A stretch of DNA of 62,754 bases, counting the filler, from Sphacelaria rigidula (taxonomy: Eukaryota), in assembly GCA_964200075.2 (NCBI GenBank). It is 4 parts of 4 records of this genome, joined end to end, with 100 filler letters (N's around TTAATTAATTAA, not from the genome) between each part and the next. Parts side by side here need not be neighbours in the genome. Positions count along the whole stretch, not along the records: positions 47,144 to 62,754 come from CAXNAA020001672.1; 3 more parts are not named here. One strand, 5' to 3'. Both the position numbers and the translations under genes were made by a program. The notes below the pieces were generated by a model. It worked only from the letters and a program-made list of their open reading frames with translations. It was not told the origin of the DNA and made no database searches. Position 1 is the first letter of the stretch, and every line of letters begins with the position of its first letter. Positions 51,033 through 62,754 of this stretch are shown here, piece after piece.

Positions 51033-51396
51033 TGTGTGTATTGCTGTCCCCATCTATTCCGGACGCCGGTCTACACCTGTCGGTATATGTGTGCGCACCA
51101 GCCGGGGTCACACAGGAGGAGGGTCAACACAGGAGTTTTTTATTTTTTGTTTGTTTTTAGTACCCCAGTACCCCACCTTCCTTCTTCGGTGCTTGCCTAT
51201 ATTTTTTATCGCGAGAGGGGTTCAGCGATCCCTTTTCCTTGTCGACCGTGAACTCGAATTTTGTGTACCCACGGACGTGGTCGCTCTCCACTGTTGGGCA
51301 TCGTGTGAGAAAAAATCCCAGATCGCTCCGACATTTGAACCCAAGACCGGACCGTCAGAAGGTTTCGAGGTTACCAACTCAGCCACCGGGGCGACC
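51033..51396 (-). mobile_element. SINE family B, full length (in CLC intron 1)
   Basis: The head is GGTCGCCCCGGTGGCTGAGTTGG..GGGTTCAAATGTC. The body matches 45410-45755. Confidence 0.8.
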
Positions 51397-52344
51397 GACT
51401 ATGTCTGACCCCATCATCTGGCAGGGCTAGGACTATCTGCCTGTGTGAGCGGACCGCGTGTGCCTCGATAAACACGACACTCTGGCGCGGTAAGTGTACA
51501 GGAACACGGTTAACACCCTCGACACTTGCAGTACAGACTGTACCATAAAGGGGTGTGAAAATTCGGACCAGTACATATCGGTCAATGGCACTACGTTGCG
51601 ATGTACAAGTCTTCATTCGCGATGCGGCTGCCGCTACTCTGCCCTACGTACACGCGAACTTTTCTCATCACCAGTGGCTGAATTATTATCATTTACTATT
51701 ATTCCCGCACATTAGTCCGATCTCTCGAACCCGTGGTCACAGACGTAGGCTCGTCTTTCCAAAACCGTCCCTGCTATTCCTTACAAGACATAGAGTCCTC
51801 CATCATTTTTTTGAGACTTCAACCTAATTACGAGAACGAACGTGATCAACCAAAATATTACCAAAATGAAAATCCGAAGAGAGACGTCAAGAAAAACATG
51901 AGGAATAGTTTCGCCGAGTTCAACGAGGTTAAAAACAAAATCTGCTAAGAAGAGCACGCCGACAGAAAAGGGAAAGAAAAGAAAAGACAGATGACACAAA
52001 GGGGTTCGCAAGGCCACCGGGTGAGGGGCAACTCGAAAACAACCCCAGGCACCCTCATAGACCACCACCACAGCTGTTCGGAGATACCCCAAATGTACTC
52101 ATAAGAGACTGTGAAAAAAAGGAAGTGCAGTCGAGACGATGCGGCATGCGTGCAAGAATCAAAACACGCTCGATATGTGCCAGCCCTACCCGGCAAGTAG
52201 ACTGTGTGAAGTGGAGAGCGATGACACGCTACAGTGTCATACCGTTGTATTCAGCCCCTGATGAAAAATGTTCGCACGTAAGTACAGCAGAGTAGCAGCA
52301 GCCATGCAGACAGTGAGGGAGTACAATCGAGACGATGGACATGC

Positions 52345-52540
52345 ATTGACTGATTGATTGATTGTCGCACTTTGACTGATCCCCCAGGAATCTAGGCGTG
52401 GACACATGACAGACGTACCCAAGAAATCAAAACTGAAACACTCGCTGAAGAAAAAGAAGGAACAGAACGACACAGTAGACAAAGACGTGAAAAAAAAAAA
52501 AAAAACTCAACGACAGCAAAGCACAGAAAACGCGTGCAGG
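52345..52540 (-). mobile_element. RTE-like LINE 3' UTR fragment with (CAAT)n tail
   Basis: Shares GATTGTCGCACTT..GTACCCAAGAAA..AAACTGAAACACTCG with 44210-44300. Confidence 0.6.
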
Positions 52541-53789
52541 ATCAAAACACACTCGAGGTGTACCATCCCTGCCCCGGAAGTACCCGGACTGCTGCGAAAG
52601 CACCAAAGGCAATAGATGCAGGGAGAGTATGCATGTTGGTTGCATATATCGCAGCAACGGCGGCTACCACCGTGCGCCACTTGCAAACCACAAAAGCATT
52701 TACCCCACGAAAACTGAAAACCGCTCAGCAAAAACATGCATACTGACTCTGCATGCACTTGGCCGTGGCTCAAAAACGGCAAGGTGCTCCTCAGGACTAT
52801 TTCCTATGAATACATGCCCAATATCCGCATGTTCATGGAAAAAGGCATGCTGTCCTGTGAAAAAAAAGCTGCTCTGAACCCCAAACGTGAAATAGTTCAC
52901 CCGAGCTCACCTGAGGGGGGGGGTTCGCGGTTAAAGGGTGAAATACAGTACGGTTTGCTTAGGCGGCACTGTGAACTCCTCCTGGAGAGTCCCACTCGCA
53001 TTATGTAACTTGAAACTTGCTGGAAAATTCATTCCAATGAGGTACAAAAGTGGCGCGCACCGACCTTGGTGCGGTTTGGGAGTGCTGTACGTGACTGACT
53101 TCATCAGTATGGTACATGACCCTGTATGCGTATGATACAGTCTGGGGAAGTGGTCAGGAGAAGGTATATCCATAGTTTCTTACCGCGTTTAGGGTACAGT
53201 GATCAGCGAACATCTTCCGCGGCGCGAAGAGGACGTGAGCTCGACTCTATTTCAAGTGTCTTTTCAAGCGAAAAAGCAGTTCGGCGTTTGTTCCCTCCAG
53301 ACACATGTGCTGCAAACAAACGGGAGAAGGCAGGCGGTATGATGTTGACGGTTGACACGGCTGAAAATTGCGCGTTGTCCGCCAGAGCTGTCCTGTAGCC
53401 TAAGCCTACCCAAACGGAAAGGCACATCTACTTCCGTTGGGTGCCATTTGTTTGACCACTTGTTCATCCTTTTTGAAAACTTGAGCGTGTTATGATCTTG
53501 CACGCATGTCGCACTGTCTCCGCACTTCTGCTGCTACTCTACCGTACCGGCGAACTTTTTTCATCGTAGTGGCTGGATTCAACGGCAAGAAGCAGTCAGC
53601 GTGTCATCACTCTGCACTGAAAACAGTCTACTGCACGTTGCTGACGCCTCTGTTTCGTGTTCCATAAAAATACTACAGACAGCGTGAAGCTATGCTAGCA
53701 ACACAACAGTGGTCAGCCTGGCAGCAAAGACTACGAGCAGAGAAAATAGCACGCTCTTCGAGTGTGCTTCACTGGTTGAGTGGTCGTCA

Positions 53790-55020
53790 CCCAAACGGTC
53801 AAGCACGGCTTCACCACCAAATTGCGTCCTAACTAGAATACACAAAATTGACGTTTTGGGGAGATCGGTATTCCTTTCGGCGCTGGACACAGTCGGAAAC
53901 AGTTCTGGAAATCTCAACGGGCGTGACTAACACACGGCGCAAGCGCTTCACGCCTAGCGCTAGCTCTTATACACAGTGCTGTTTGCTTCAGAACAATCCG
54001 TCCGGCACGGGAAGGGGCGGCCGTGTGTATGCAGAAAAAGTTGCTCAAGATGACTCGTTGACCGCTTGTCAGTGTGTTATACAGCGCCCGTCTGGCAGAA
54101 CTCATCGTGTCTCAGTCGATTTCCAAAGGATTTTCGCCGAGCCGAAAACGCCGTGCTCCGTTGATATATAGCCACGGCTCAAGCTCGTCATTGTCTATCT
54201 GCTGGATAGTGAGATCAGAAGTTGATGTGATCTTGGGCCTCAGGTCCGGGCCATGCGGCAGGTGTGTACGTGTGTACCACAGCAAGGGTAATTGCGCCGC
54301 TAGTTGACGCTACCCTTCGTAGCGAACAGCCCGAACACGCCTTGGCGAGTAGACCGAAAAATCCCAGAATACTTAATGAAAAAAAAAGCGCCACCGCTTC
54401 TTTTCCTTGGGGGGTGGCATCGCAGCGACCGATGCACATGCTTCTCTTGCTCGCTTATTTTTGCTTGCCTTTTCTTTTGTCTTGATGAGGGCTGATCCTC
54501 AACGAGAAAACAATAAATAAAATCAAAAAGCGAGCAAGGCGGTTTGCTTGCCCACAACGACCACCTTGGGAAGCGTGGTGATTCGTTCCGCACTGGACGC
54601 AGTCGGATACAAGTCTGGAAATCTCAACGTGTGACTGAAAAACGATACACATAGACAAGGAACCCAACCCGAGCAAACACACACACTCACATTACAAGCG
54701 CATCACGCCAAGCCCTACCTCTTACTCAATTGTATATAGTGCTGTCAGTTTTGCGGCAATCCGTTCGCTATTGGAAGAGGGGCGGCCATGTGTGTGCAAC
54801 AAAAGTTTCTCAAGATGGCGTCGTTGACCGTCTGCCGGTGAGTTATACGACACCCGTCTGCCAGAATTCATCGTGTCTCACTCAATGTTGCACCAATTTG
54901 CCCCCCAGCTAAAACGCCATACGCAGTTGATGATGAGCTAAATAGGTCTCGAGCTATTCATAGTCGATCCTTGGACCGTGAGATCAGAAGTTGATGCGAA
55001 TTTGTGCCTCGGGACAGGGC
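53790..55020. repeat. diverged direct duplication (~0.45-kb units, offset ~710-770 bp)
   Basis: CTGGACRCAGTCGGA..CTGGAAATCTCAACG occurs at 53883 and 54592. GTGAGATCAGAAGTTGATG occurs at 54209 and 54978. Confidence 0.75.
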
Positions 55021-55184
55021 CTAAGAAGCGGGCTGAGGGCTACAGAAGGAACTCGCACTTACATCACTCCTACTCTTCCAAATATACTGTTGTACCCTAC
55101 TGTACGGTCCCGCACTCGGCTGGTTCACTATGGTCACATGCCAGCCCTTCTCCGTGCTATCCCCACATCCACACTTTACCTTAC

Positions 55185-55899
55185 CTGAAGTGCCGGTGAG
55201 CACCCCGACAAAGGCCGCCATTAGCAAAAATCTCCCTTCATCTGTCGCCGCCTCAGGCACATCCACCGCGCTCCTGAGCTTCTTCAACCCTCCCAACAGC
55301 CCTTGCACTGAAAACTTCCTGCCCTTGACAGCAGTCCCAACAGGGGTAGGATCGACCGTAGAAGATCCTTCGGTCGTATCCTGACCAGCTACAGCTCCCA
55401 GGGTAGTAGCGATGCTTCTCTCGGCTTCTTGCCCCGACAGGATTCGCCCCCTCACCATGCCCAATCGCTCGATAGGAGTAGCGCTTCTGCTGTTCAGCTC
55501 ACTGTTGGTGCTGCCTGGTAGCAACCTTGAACGGAACATGCGGAGATACCGGCGCATGGGTCCTTCGTGAAAAACGTTCCGAGATTCATTTTGCGACATA
55601 GACGTCGCTGTCCTACCGCGCCTTTTGCGTGCCCCTGCTCCGCCTGCGCCATCAATTCTTCTGTAAAGTGGACTACTGCCGCTGTCAGCACTGTACGGGC
55701 TGCTTCGGAGGTAGCTGAGGCTACTGATGTGGCCAACGGTAGCTTGATCCGCGCAAGGTGCTGATGCACGATGGGACGTCGAAAACGCGTGCGTCTGAAA
55801 TACCCCTGTTTTTGACAAGACACATATCATCCATGCACATAGAAGGATCGCATGAGGCGGAAATGCCGTTTTTTTCGATGAGAATCGGGAAATTATCAT
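55185..55899 (-). CDS. CLC: CLC-family chloride channel/transporter, exon 1, with putative signal plus transit peptide
   Basis: ATG at 55899. A hydrophobic stretch ends THA-F and is followed by an S/R-rich transit-like region, then EGRFLLMAAFVGVLTGTS (CLC helix B-like). G|gtaagg donor. Confidence 0.7.
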
Positions 55900-56058
55900 C
55901 GCTGAAATAGTTTCAGTAGCAGACGTGGGCCAGCATAACGTAGACAGCACAAATGCGGCCTCCACAAGCGTGAGCACTGCGGAGCCTGGGGGAAGAAAGT
56001 TTGTCATGAAATGGAGCACGACAAAACTTTATGCGTGCGAGGGAGTACCACTTAATCT
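55900..56058. promoter_or_regulatory. putative bidirectional promoter / 5' UTR region
   Basis: Only 159 bp separate the divergent predicted start codons of CLC and NAA35. Confidence 0.5.
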
Positions 56059-56415
56059 ATGGTCATGGGAAAATTCAATGGGGCTCCTGGATCGACCGAG
56101 GCACCAGCAGATCTCCTGGGCGCGGTAGAGCCGGACGGGGTCAGGTTCAGGTTGGTCATGGCAAGCCTCGTTAAGGAATCATCTTCAACTTCTGGTGCCG
56201 ATGAGTGTGGTGATGCGGTAAATGAAAAGGGGGAAAGAGCGGTTGAATCATGGGAGCATGCTGCTGTGGTGGATGTCACGGAGCTGTGCCGACAGGCGGC
56301 AGCAACACTGGGTCCTAACGAGATGATACACGATGCCGACTTCAATCTATACAGTGCCATGTCTGCTCTGGAGCTGATGGACGCCAAGATGGATAAGGCT
56401 CCTCCTGCGTTGCAA
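56059..56415 (+). CDS. NAA35: NatC auxiliary subunit (Mak10/NAA35), exon 1
   Basis: Encodes VDVTELCRQAAATLGPNEMIHDADFNLYSAMSALELMDAKMD, the Mak10 N-terminal signature. CAA|gtgaga donor. Confidence 0.92.
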
Positions 56416-56545
56416 GTGAGACCCCCCTGCACTGTTGTAACGTTTGTCGTCCTTTCCTCAAATTACACTACCACCGACTGAAACTAGCCCCGTGACTGGA
56501 GCTAGAAAAGCATTGAATGAAACCCATGTTCTGCCAGTCGCACAG

Positions 56546-56581
56546 CTGCCAGAACGTGAACCACCATCGGCCGTAGATGCG
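56546..56581 (+). CDS. NAA35: NAA35 putative 36-nt micro-exon
   Basis: gcacag acceptor and GCG|gtaagt donor. Phase 0/0, encoding LPEREPPSAVDA. Confidence 0.55.
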
Positions 56582-58991
56582 GTAAGTGTTTTTTAAACCG
56601 CCGATACCATACCTACACCAATATATGTATCCAGCATCAAAGCAAGTAGCCCCCTCGCTCTCAATGGGGTTCGGATGTGTTTAGCCGGGCGGGGTCATCG
56701 TGGTCCACAAGAGGGACGTGGACGCCGTTCATACTGGCCAAATGGCTTTGAAATCCATACAGTATCTACAAATTCCAGTCGAAGATTCACCTGGAAGTTC
56801 TGCGGACACTGTGTACAGAGCATGTCCAGAGCGCTGGGTTATTGCATTTGCATATCTACTGTGCAACATCGTGGAGTCTGACGACGCCGTGATTTGGTGT
56901 TTGATGGACTGTTCGTAGCTGGTTTATGGATACGGCAGCCGGCGAACCCCCCCAGTCTCCCCCTGGCCCCGCGACACCCAGCTCAAGTACTGGAGCAGCT
57001 ACAGTATACAAATAGCAAGGAATAGCAAACAAGAACGCGGGACAGGACTTACAGTTTCTCCGAAGGCGACAGAATGGAACGGGATGGGCATTTTGCTCCC
57101 TTCCCGTCCTGTCCCCACGGGAAATACGAATCCCGGTCCATGAGATACGCGTCCGCTCTGACGGGAACATGTGCATAATCTCGTGCAATCGAGCTGAGAC
57201 ATTTTTCAGTCCGCATGAACAGTTTGAACCCCCCCCCCCCGTATTATTTTCCGAGATTTTGTCCGCTGACAGTTCCGCAAGTTTTGAAGGATACTTTTTG
57301 TAGGCATAGACGGGTCCAACAATAGAAGGATATGGGTGCTAGGCGGAACCGATGCTATGAAAAAGGTGCAGCAGCGTTTTTCAATGGCCGAGCGAGGCGG
57401 GTGCACTTTTTCGCCCTCCGGGTATCGTTCAGCTGTGGGTACCATCGGGCTCGGTAGTGTTGGGGCGATGGCTACCCCCGCCAGATCTTTGCTACCCGCC
57501 ACAGCGGTTGGTGAGGGCGCCAAGCTCGCCGCTGCGGATCCATGCGCGTTGCTCGTGTGTGTTTCAACTGGTTGTGCTTGTCCTGTTCACTTGGGTGTCG
57601 GTGATGGGGAGAGATTAGCCGCAAACACCAGGCACAGAATCAAAACACCCTTCAAGCACACCCACATGAGTCGTGCCTACGGCACGTACATTCCCAAGCA
57701 CGTACGCCTCGCCGTTCAGCTGTTCAATAATGGTGTTTGTGTCAACCGCATACATTACTGGTGGCGCGATGATTCTACTGGTGTTCTGAGGCGGCGAAGC
57801 ACTGCTATAATAGTCGTGGCTTATACTCGAATAGCTGCACATGATGCTGTGGGTCCCAGTTATGCGAGCCCAACATGCCCTATGGTTCTACGTAGAACCA
57901 GCCAGACTCCTCTCGGGAACACAGGCGTCGTACATTAATACCGGGTATGTTTGAGCTAGATTCTGTGTCGACAACCAATTAGTGTTATCGAGGTATCTTT
58001 TCGCCCGTAGCATCACCGCTATGGCCTCCAACAAAAAACCGCCTTTGTAACCTTCTTGTTTTGCCCATTGCGGTCAGTATGATACCATGTGTGCGACCTT
58101 TGGGTAGGTATTGCGGGAGGCACTTGTTGATGACACAATTTGGGGTGATGAGCGTGAAGCAGCCTGGGACGAAGAAACAACGGCCGGTTTTCATGTACGA
58201 CAAGCTGCAACAGTCTCTGAATCAGATCATGGCAAGAAATTACAAAGACACGGCAACACCCGAGCGAGTACCGCAAAAAGCCAACACCTATGCGGCAACA
58301 AATTGGAACACAAGAGCGACCAAACAGCACCTTACGTAAACCCAGGCCTCGTCGCTACTCGACTGGCTGCCGCTACAGTAATGAGCTGTATCGTCAACTC
58401 GACAACCCTGACTGGGCTCACTGGCTGCACGAAACATTTCCGATCTCCGGCGCGTCTTCGTGAAGATGATCGTCTCGGTTCATATGCGTGCAGAGTATCC
58501 GGTCAGATTTTTATCCTATGAAAAGCCCTGCAAATAGAACAACATCCAGTCCACTATACTCGGCAAGGCAGGGGCGTGTAGTGAGTGACAACACGCAGTT
58601 GCACAGGGTAAATGGGGGTTTTGCAAGAGAAGGAGCTGGCACATGCAGGTGTGCATTTTTTTTGCCTTTTTTCCAGATAGTGAGCCCAACATTCCGCCGA
58701 CATGCGAAAGCTTTTCTACTCTATGCCCATCTCGGGTAAGCTCGATCGAACAGCACCACAATTACACTGTACCCGTTCCGTAGACGCAGGTGAACACCTC
58801 ATTGCAAGACAACTTGTGTAGCTATTGCCTGATACTCGATCTCTGCACACACACGTCACCACCATCCTTGCCACCCGCGAGCAACGTCTCGTGGAGACGT
58901 TTCCGATCACCCTCACCAATTCCCGATATCTGAGCGGTGCCCCGTACACGCTCGCCGCAACATATCCATTGTTCCTGGTCTCCCCACGCAG

Positions 58992-59367
58992 CCGCTGGAG
59001 TCCAGGATATCATCCGGAGCACTCGCGACAAATTTGGACACAAAGCTATCCTCGGCGATAAGTACAACTGCAGTGTCGGCGGCGATCGGTCAATCGGGGT
59101 CACCGGAGGTGGCGCAAACCGCCGCCACCACTGTCGGTGATACCGCGCGCTCGCGTGATGCCCTGAGCGAACGAACACTTGCTGTGCTCGACGGCATGTC
59201 CGTATGCGAAGTAGCCTGGCTGGAGGGAGGGTCTTTGCCGGAGACCGTGTATGCCTGTCTTTATTTTCACCCGACGACTTACTCGGCAATGCTCCGGGAG
59301 CTAGGCTGGGACCCGCCCCGCTTGGACGGGGGATCTTCGACAACAATGAATTTGGGCATTAGAAATG
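58992..59367 (+). CDS. NAA35: NAA35 exon
   Basis: cacgcag acceptor and G|gtaaga donor. Encodes the conserved Mak10 motif CEVAWLEGGSLPETVYACLY. Confidence 0.88.
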
Positions 59368-59648
59368 GTAAGAAGGTGGTGCACGTCCAAGTATCGGACG
59401 TTTGTTTGTGGTTTGAACAACGGCTTCCACCCCCTTATCTCACGCACCCGTGCGGGGGTTGACATTGTCAAATGACAAATTACTCACCTGGGGAGCTAGA
59501 GTGTTAGTTTCATTGAAATATAACAAACTGGTGTGGCGGCTGATCTCGTAAATTTGAAGGTGCACATAGCATCTAGATACGACTGCATGAATACTGCAAA
59601 ACCGCATCAAACGGTAGAGATCGCCGACCATGTTGCTGTTGCATGTAG

Positions 59649-59965
59649 AAGACGATGAACCCTATCCACACGCTTTGTTCGAGGCAACTGATAGCACTGG
59701 ATGTTTTGCCGTTTTCCCGTGCGAGCTTTCAGGCAAAACACTCCCGTGGAAACCCGTCGTGCGGGCGTTGACTCTGGCCGTGCTGGCGCAGTCTTTGGCT
59801 ACTCTGCGTTGTTGCTCGATGACGCGAGACGTGATCATCTTGGCTGACATATTCGAGGAGGAAGACTTCTATCCGAGCACTTTTGGTTTCCGACTGTCCC
59901 CGCCTGTGGATGATGACAGTGTAATAGATTTGATCGATCTGGCGACCGCCGCCATGGAGGATAGG
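59649..59965 (+). CDS. NAA35: NAA35 exon
   Basis: catgtag acceptor and AGG|gtgagt donor. Encodes the ADIFEEEDF motif. Phases fit. Confidence 0.88.
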
Positions 59966-60741
59966 GTGAGTGCGATACGAAGCTGCAAATTTGATTATTT
60001 GGTATGAAGAATGTTTTTGTTGTTGTTGTAGTCTTCAGTTTCGGGACAGTCGACACAGTATATGCCCCAGAACTGGAAATATCGTTACCAAGTGTCTTGG
60101 ACACCATTTCTCATCTCACTGAAAGGTACCTAACCCACTTTTCCGATTCGCTACGCTTCGGCATCTCGAGAGCAGCCCCCGAACAAAAATCAACTGGGAA
60201 TGAAAGAAGTGTAAAGACGACGTGGAAATCTACGAGTGTCACTAGAGCCGCCGCATTGTTCCTTTTCGGTTGGACATTCTTGAAACCTCACAGCTGAGCA
60301 AATCGGGAAAATGGGCTAGGCCTCTGTTAGTGGGGTACTTGCATGGTGTCCAAGACATTTGGTGACAATATTTACCGTCTCGGGGCTTTTGGAGCAAAAG
60401 CTGTGGCAAATATCTAATAATTGAAATATGCAGCCAAATAACCCACACTCTATGAAATACCTTATACGATGGTATTTCAGTGGGTTTATATTCCCGATGA
60501 TATCGGAGTTGAGGTGCGGATAGCTGTCCAGTCCACCACAAATTGCATATGTTGCTGCTGCGGTCTGTGACTACTCTTGTTTCGGTTTGGCAGTTCGAAC
60601 CAAATCACGCTGAATATTCACTCATCAAAATAGCTCGATACACCGGTCGGTAGACAAATGCACACCAAGCAAAACGGATTGTGCTCCTTGCTGCCGTCAC
60701 CAACCATGTGCTGCGACACCGGTGCATTTTGCGCGTGACAG

Positions 60742-62208
60742 ATAGCCACATCAGCAACTATAAACACAGGGTGCGGAGAAGATAGCTCCTCGGATCGGAC
60801 CATTCTGGCCTACCTCACCGCTCGAAAAGAGTGGCTCCTGGGCTGCTTGGCGTTACGCGACGCCCTGACCAACAAGCAACGCCAACGGCGTCTGCAAGCC
60901 CTGGCGAAACAGCGGGCAGCACGGGATGCCAAGCGGCAGGAAGAGGCGGCGGTTCCGCTCGAGGGGGTGAGTGGTACCGAATCTACGGAGAATCGGTTGA
61001 ATGACCGAACCTGCGGCACTGAAGCTACCAGTGCGTCTACGAAGTCTACGATAGAGCTCGATGAGAGCGATAGGCGTGTAGCCGCGGCAGCGGCAGGGTT
61101 AGCAGCGCTGACTATGTGCTGCGATAAACCCCACGGGAAGGGAAGCAGCGTGGGTGAAACGGGACCGGGAGGTGGGGAGAGTAAAGCGCGAGGAAGTGAC
61201 GTCTCGGGAGATGTTGGTGCTGAGGGCTGTGCTGGATCGAGCCAGAGGGATACGGAAAAATCACGAGATGGCGTTGTTGGAGTATCCGCGGAAGGTGCCC
61301 CCGAGGCGGAGGAGGGGCGTGGAGTATGCAAATCGGTAAGGGTTACCCCGACTGCTCCGCCGACGGATACGGCCTTGTCGCACACATCAAGCTACGAACG
61401 AACAGAGCGCGGAGACACCGAAAACGCACTTGACCTAGCAATCGAGGGAAAAAAGGCGTTTGAAACATCGGAGGGAGCCGCGGAGGATGAGAACCCTGTG
61501 GTAGAGTGCACGCATACCGAACCGAAACCCCCGCCAGATGGGAGCGGATGGGCGGAGGCCACCGCCGAGACAGACGGAGAGCAAGCAGAAGAGACCGTAG
61601 AAGATATCGAAGCGCCATTGCGAGGAATCGAGCGGTGCGAGAGGCATGTCCGGGCGGCTTATGACGCCTTCGACAGTCTGCTGGAGGCCCTATCCGCGCG
61701 GAGCGCTAGCTCGTCTGCTGGAGGAGTCGAAACCCCCATCGGCCAAAATACATCACGATCGGCAGATAATAGTACCGCCGTATCCAAGGGTTCGCAGTGT
61801 GTGCGGAGTTGTAGTGCCCCGGATAGCGCGAACAGAGACCCCGGGGCGAGCAGGGAAAACGCCACCGAGGTCTGTAGAAACCCCACGGCGGCGAGCAGGG
61901 CAGACATGCATGAAAGTACCGCCGGTGGTGCTGCAGGGTCGAAGGCAGATGATGATGTCGGGGCGAAAAAGTTGCTGATGAAGCTGGGCGGAGAATGCGG
62001 CGGTTTCGCGTTTGAGGCCGAGATGAACCGACACTTGCTGGGTTCGTCGCCGCATCATCACGTGCACTTTCGTTGGGGGAAAGGAGATGGCGTTAGGGCG
62101 CTGCGAGTTCTGGCCAGGGAGACGGCGACAGCATGCGGGGTTATCAGATGTCGGGATTTGGCGGACGTTCGACAGTATCTGCTGAGATTTTCGCAACCGC
62201 CGTTAGAG
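60742..62208 (+). CDS. NAA35: NAA35 exon with long low-complexity insertion; gene continues past the window
   Basis: gtgacag acceptor and GAG|gtgaga donor, with a 489-codon open frame. It ends with GFAFEAEMNRHLLGSSP, similar to the Mak10 GF..NxxLL..PP segment. Confidence 0.8.
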
Positions 62209-62754
62209 GTGAGAGCTTTGGGTTGGAAGGGGTGCAATACGCGACTGGTTCACATGTTTTGTCGGCGTGTTTAGAGAGTTTCCACAGTTGTTGACGGTGA
62301 AATCTTGAAGTATTGCTGTCGCCTATACGTTATACCTTCTGCATTTGGGCCATCTTTTTCCATGACCTACGTATTTGTAGAGAAAAGGTGACTTCATTCG
62401 GCATTTTCGGTAATGTAGCGACGATTCAGACCCGGAGTCGACCGTGACAATGTCTGCTTCCACAGGTGAGTATGTATTGTACAGCAGTGTTACGCCGGGG
62501 GTTAGTGTCACGTTTCCCACCACCACCCCCAAAATGAAGATGCGGCGGAGTCTAAGAAGTGTACGGAAGATAATATAGCAACTAAAGCGATACACGGCTG
62601 TAGTATGTATCTTCTCATCCCAGTCCGGCTCGATTCCACCCGGTACAGCTCACAAACCAGCGATGGATACCCCTAAAAAAAGTACTACTTTTTCGTACCA
62701 GCGAGGAAGTCATTTTCCAACATATCCGTCCTTTACGCATCATAAGATTACTCA

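Noticed and set aside
33352..55899. A CLC-kinase fusion gene on the minus strand
   Set aside because: The two sets of exons lie on different contigs separated by an artificial linker at 47044-47143.

Overview
Eukaryotic, intron-rich and repeat-rich genomic DNA. It is most consistent with a photosynthetic stramenopile such as a brown alga; this is an inference from long GT-AG introns, a bipartite-looking plastid presequence and TTAGGG-like tracts. The window is probably not one locus. Three identical 100-bp linkers (44 N + TTAATTAATTAA + 44 N) split it into segments of 15616, 15615, 15612 and 15611 bp, which looks like length-sorted unplaced contigs joined artificially. Segment 1 (1-15616) is mostly TE debris: SINEs, GAG..CTC MITEs with 4-bp TSDs and a LINE 3' end. 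Segment 2 (15717-31331) holds a nested cluster of TTAA-bounded mini-transposons, a possible decayed Crypton-type tyrosine-recombinase gene (- strand, low confidence) and four phase-compatible exons of a large disordered protein (+). Segment 3 (31432-47043) holds a multi-exon, divergent and probably pseudogenised protein kinase gene (-) plus LINE, SINE and MITE insertions. Segment 4 (47144-62754) holds the 5' parts of a CLC chloride channel gene (-) and NAA35/Mak10 (+), head-to-head with start codons about 160 bp apart. I found no CRISPR array, rRNA or intact tRNA, and no convincing wholly new multi-gene system. The best novelty candidates are the transposable-element families and the atypical kinase. 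All calls were made by eye, with no database searches.
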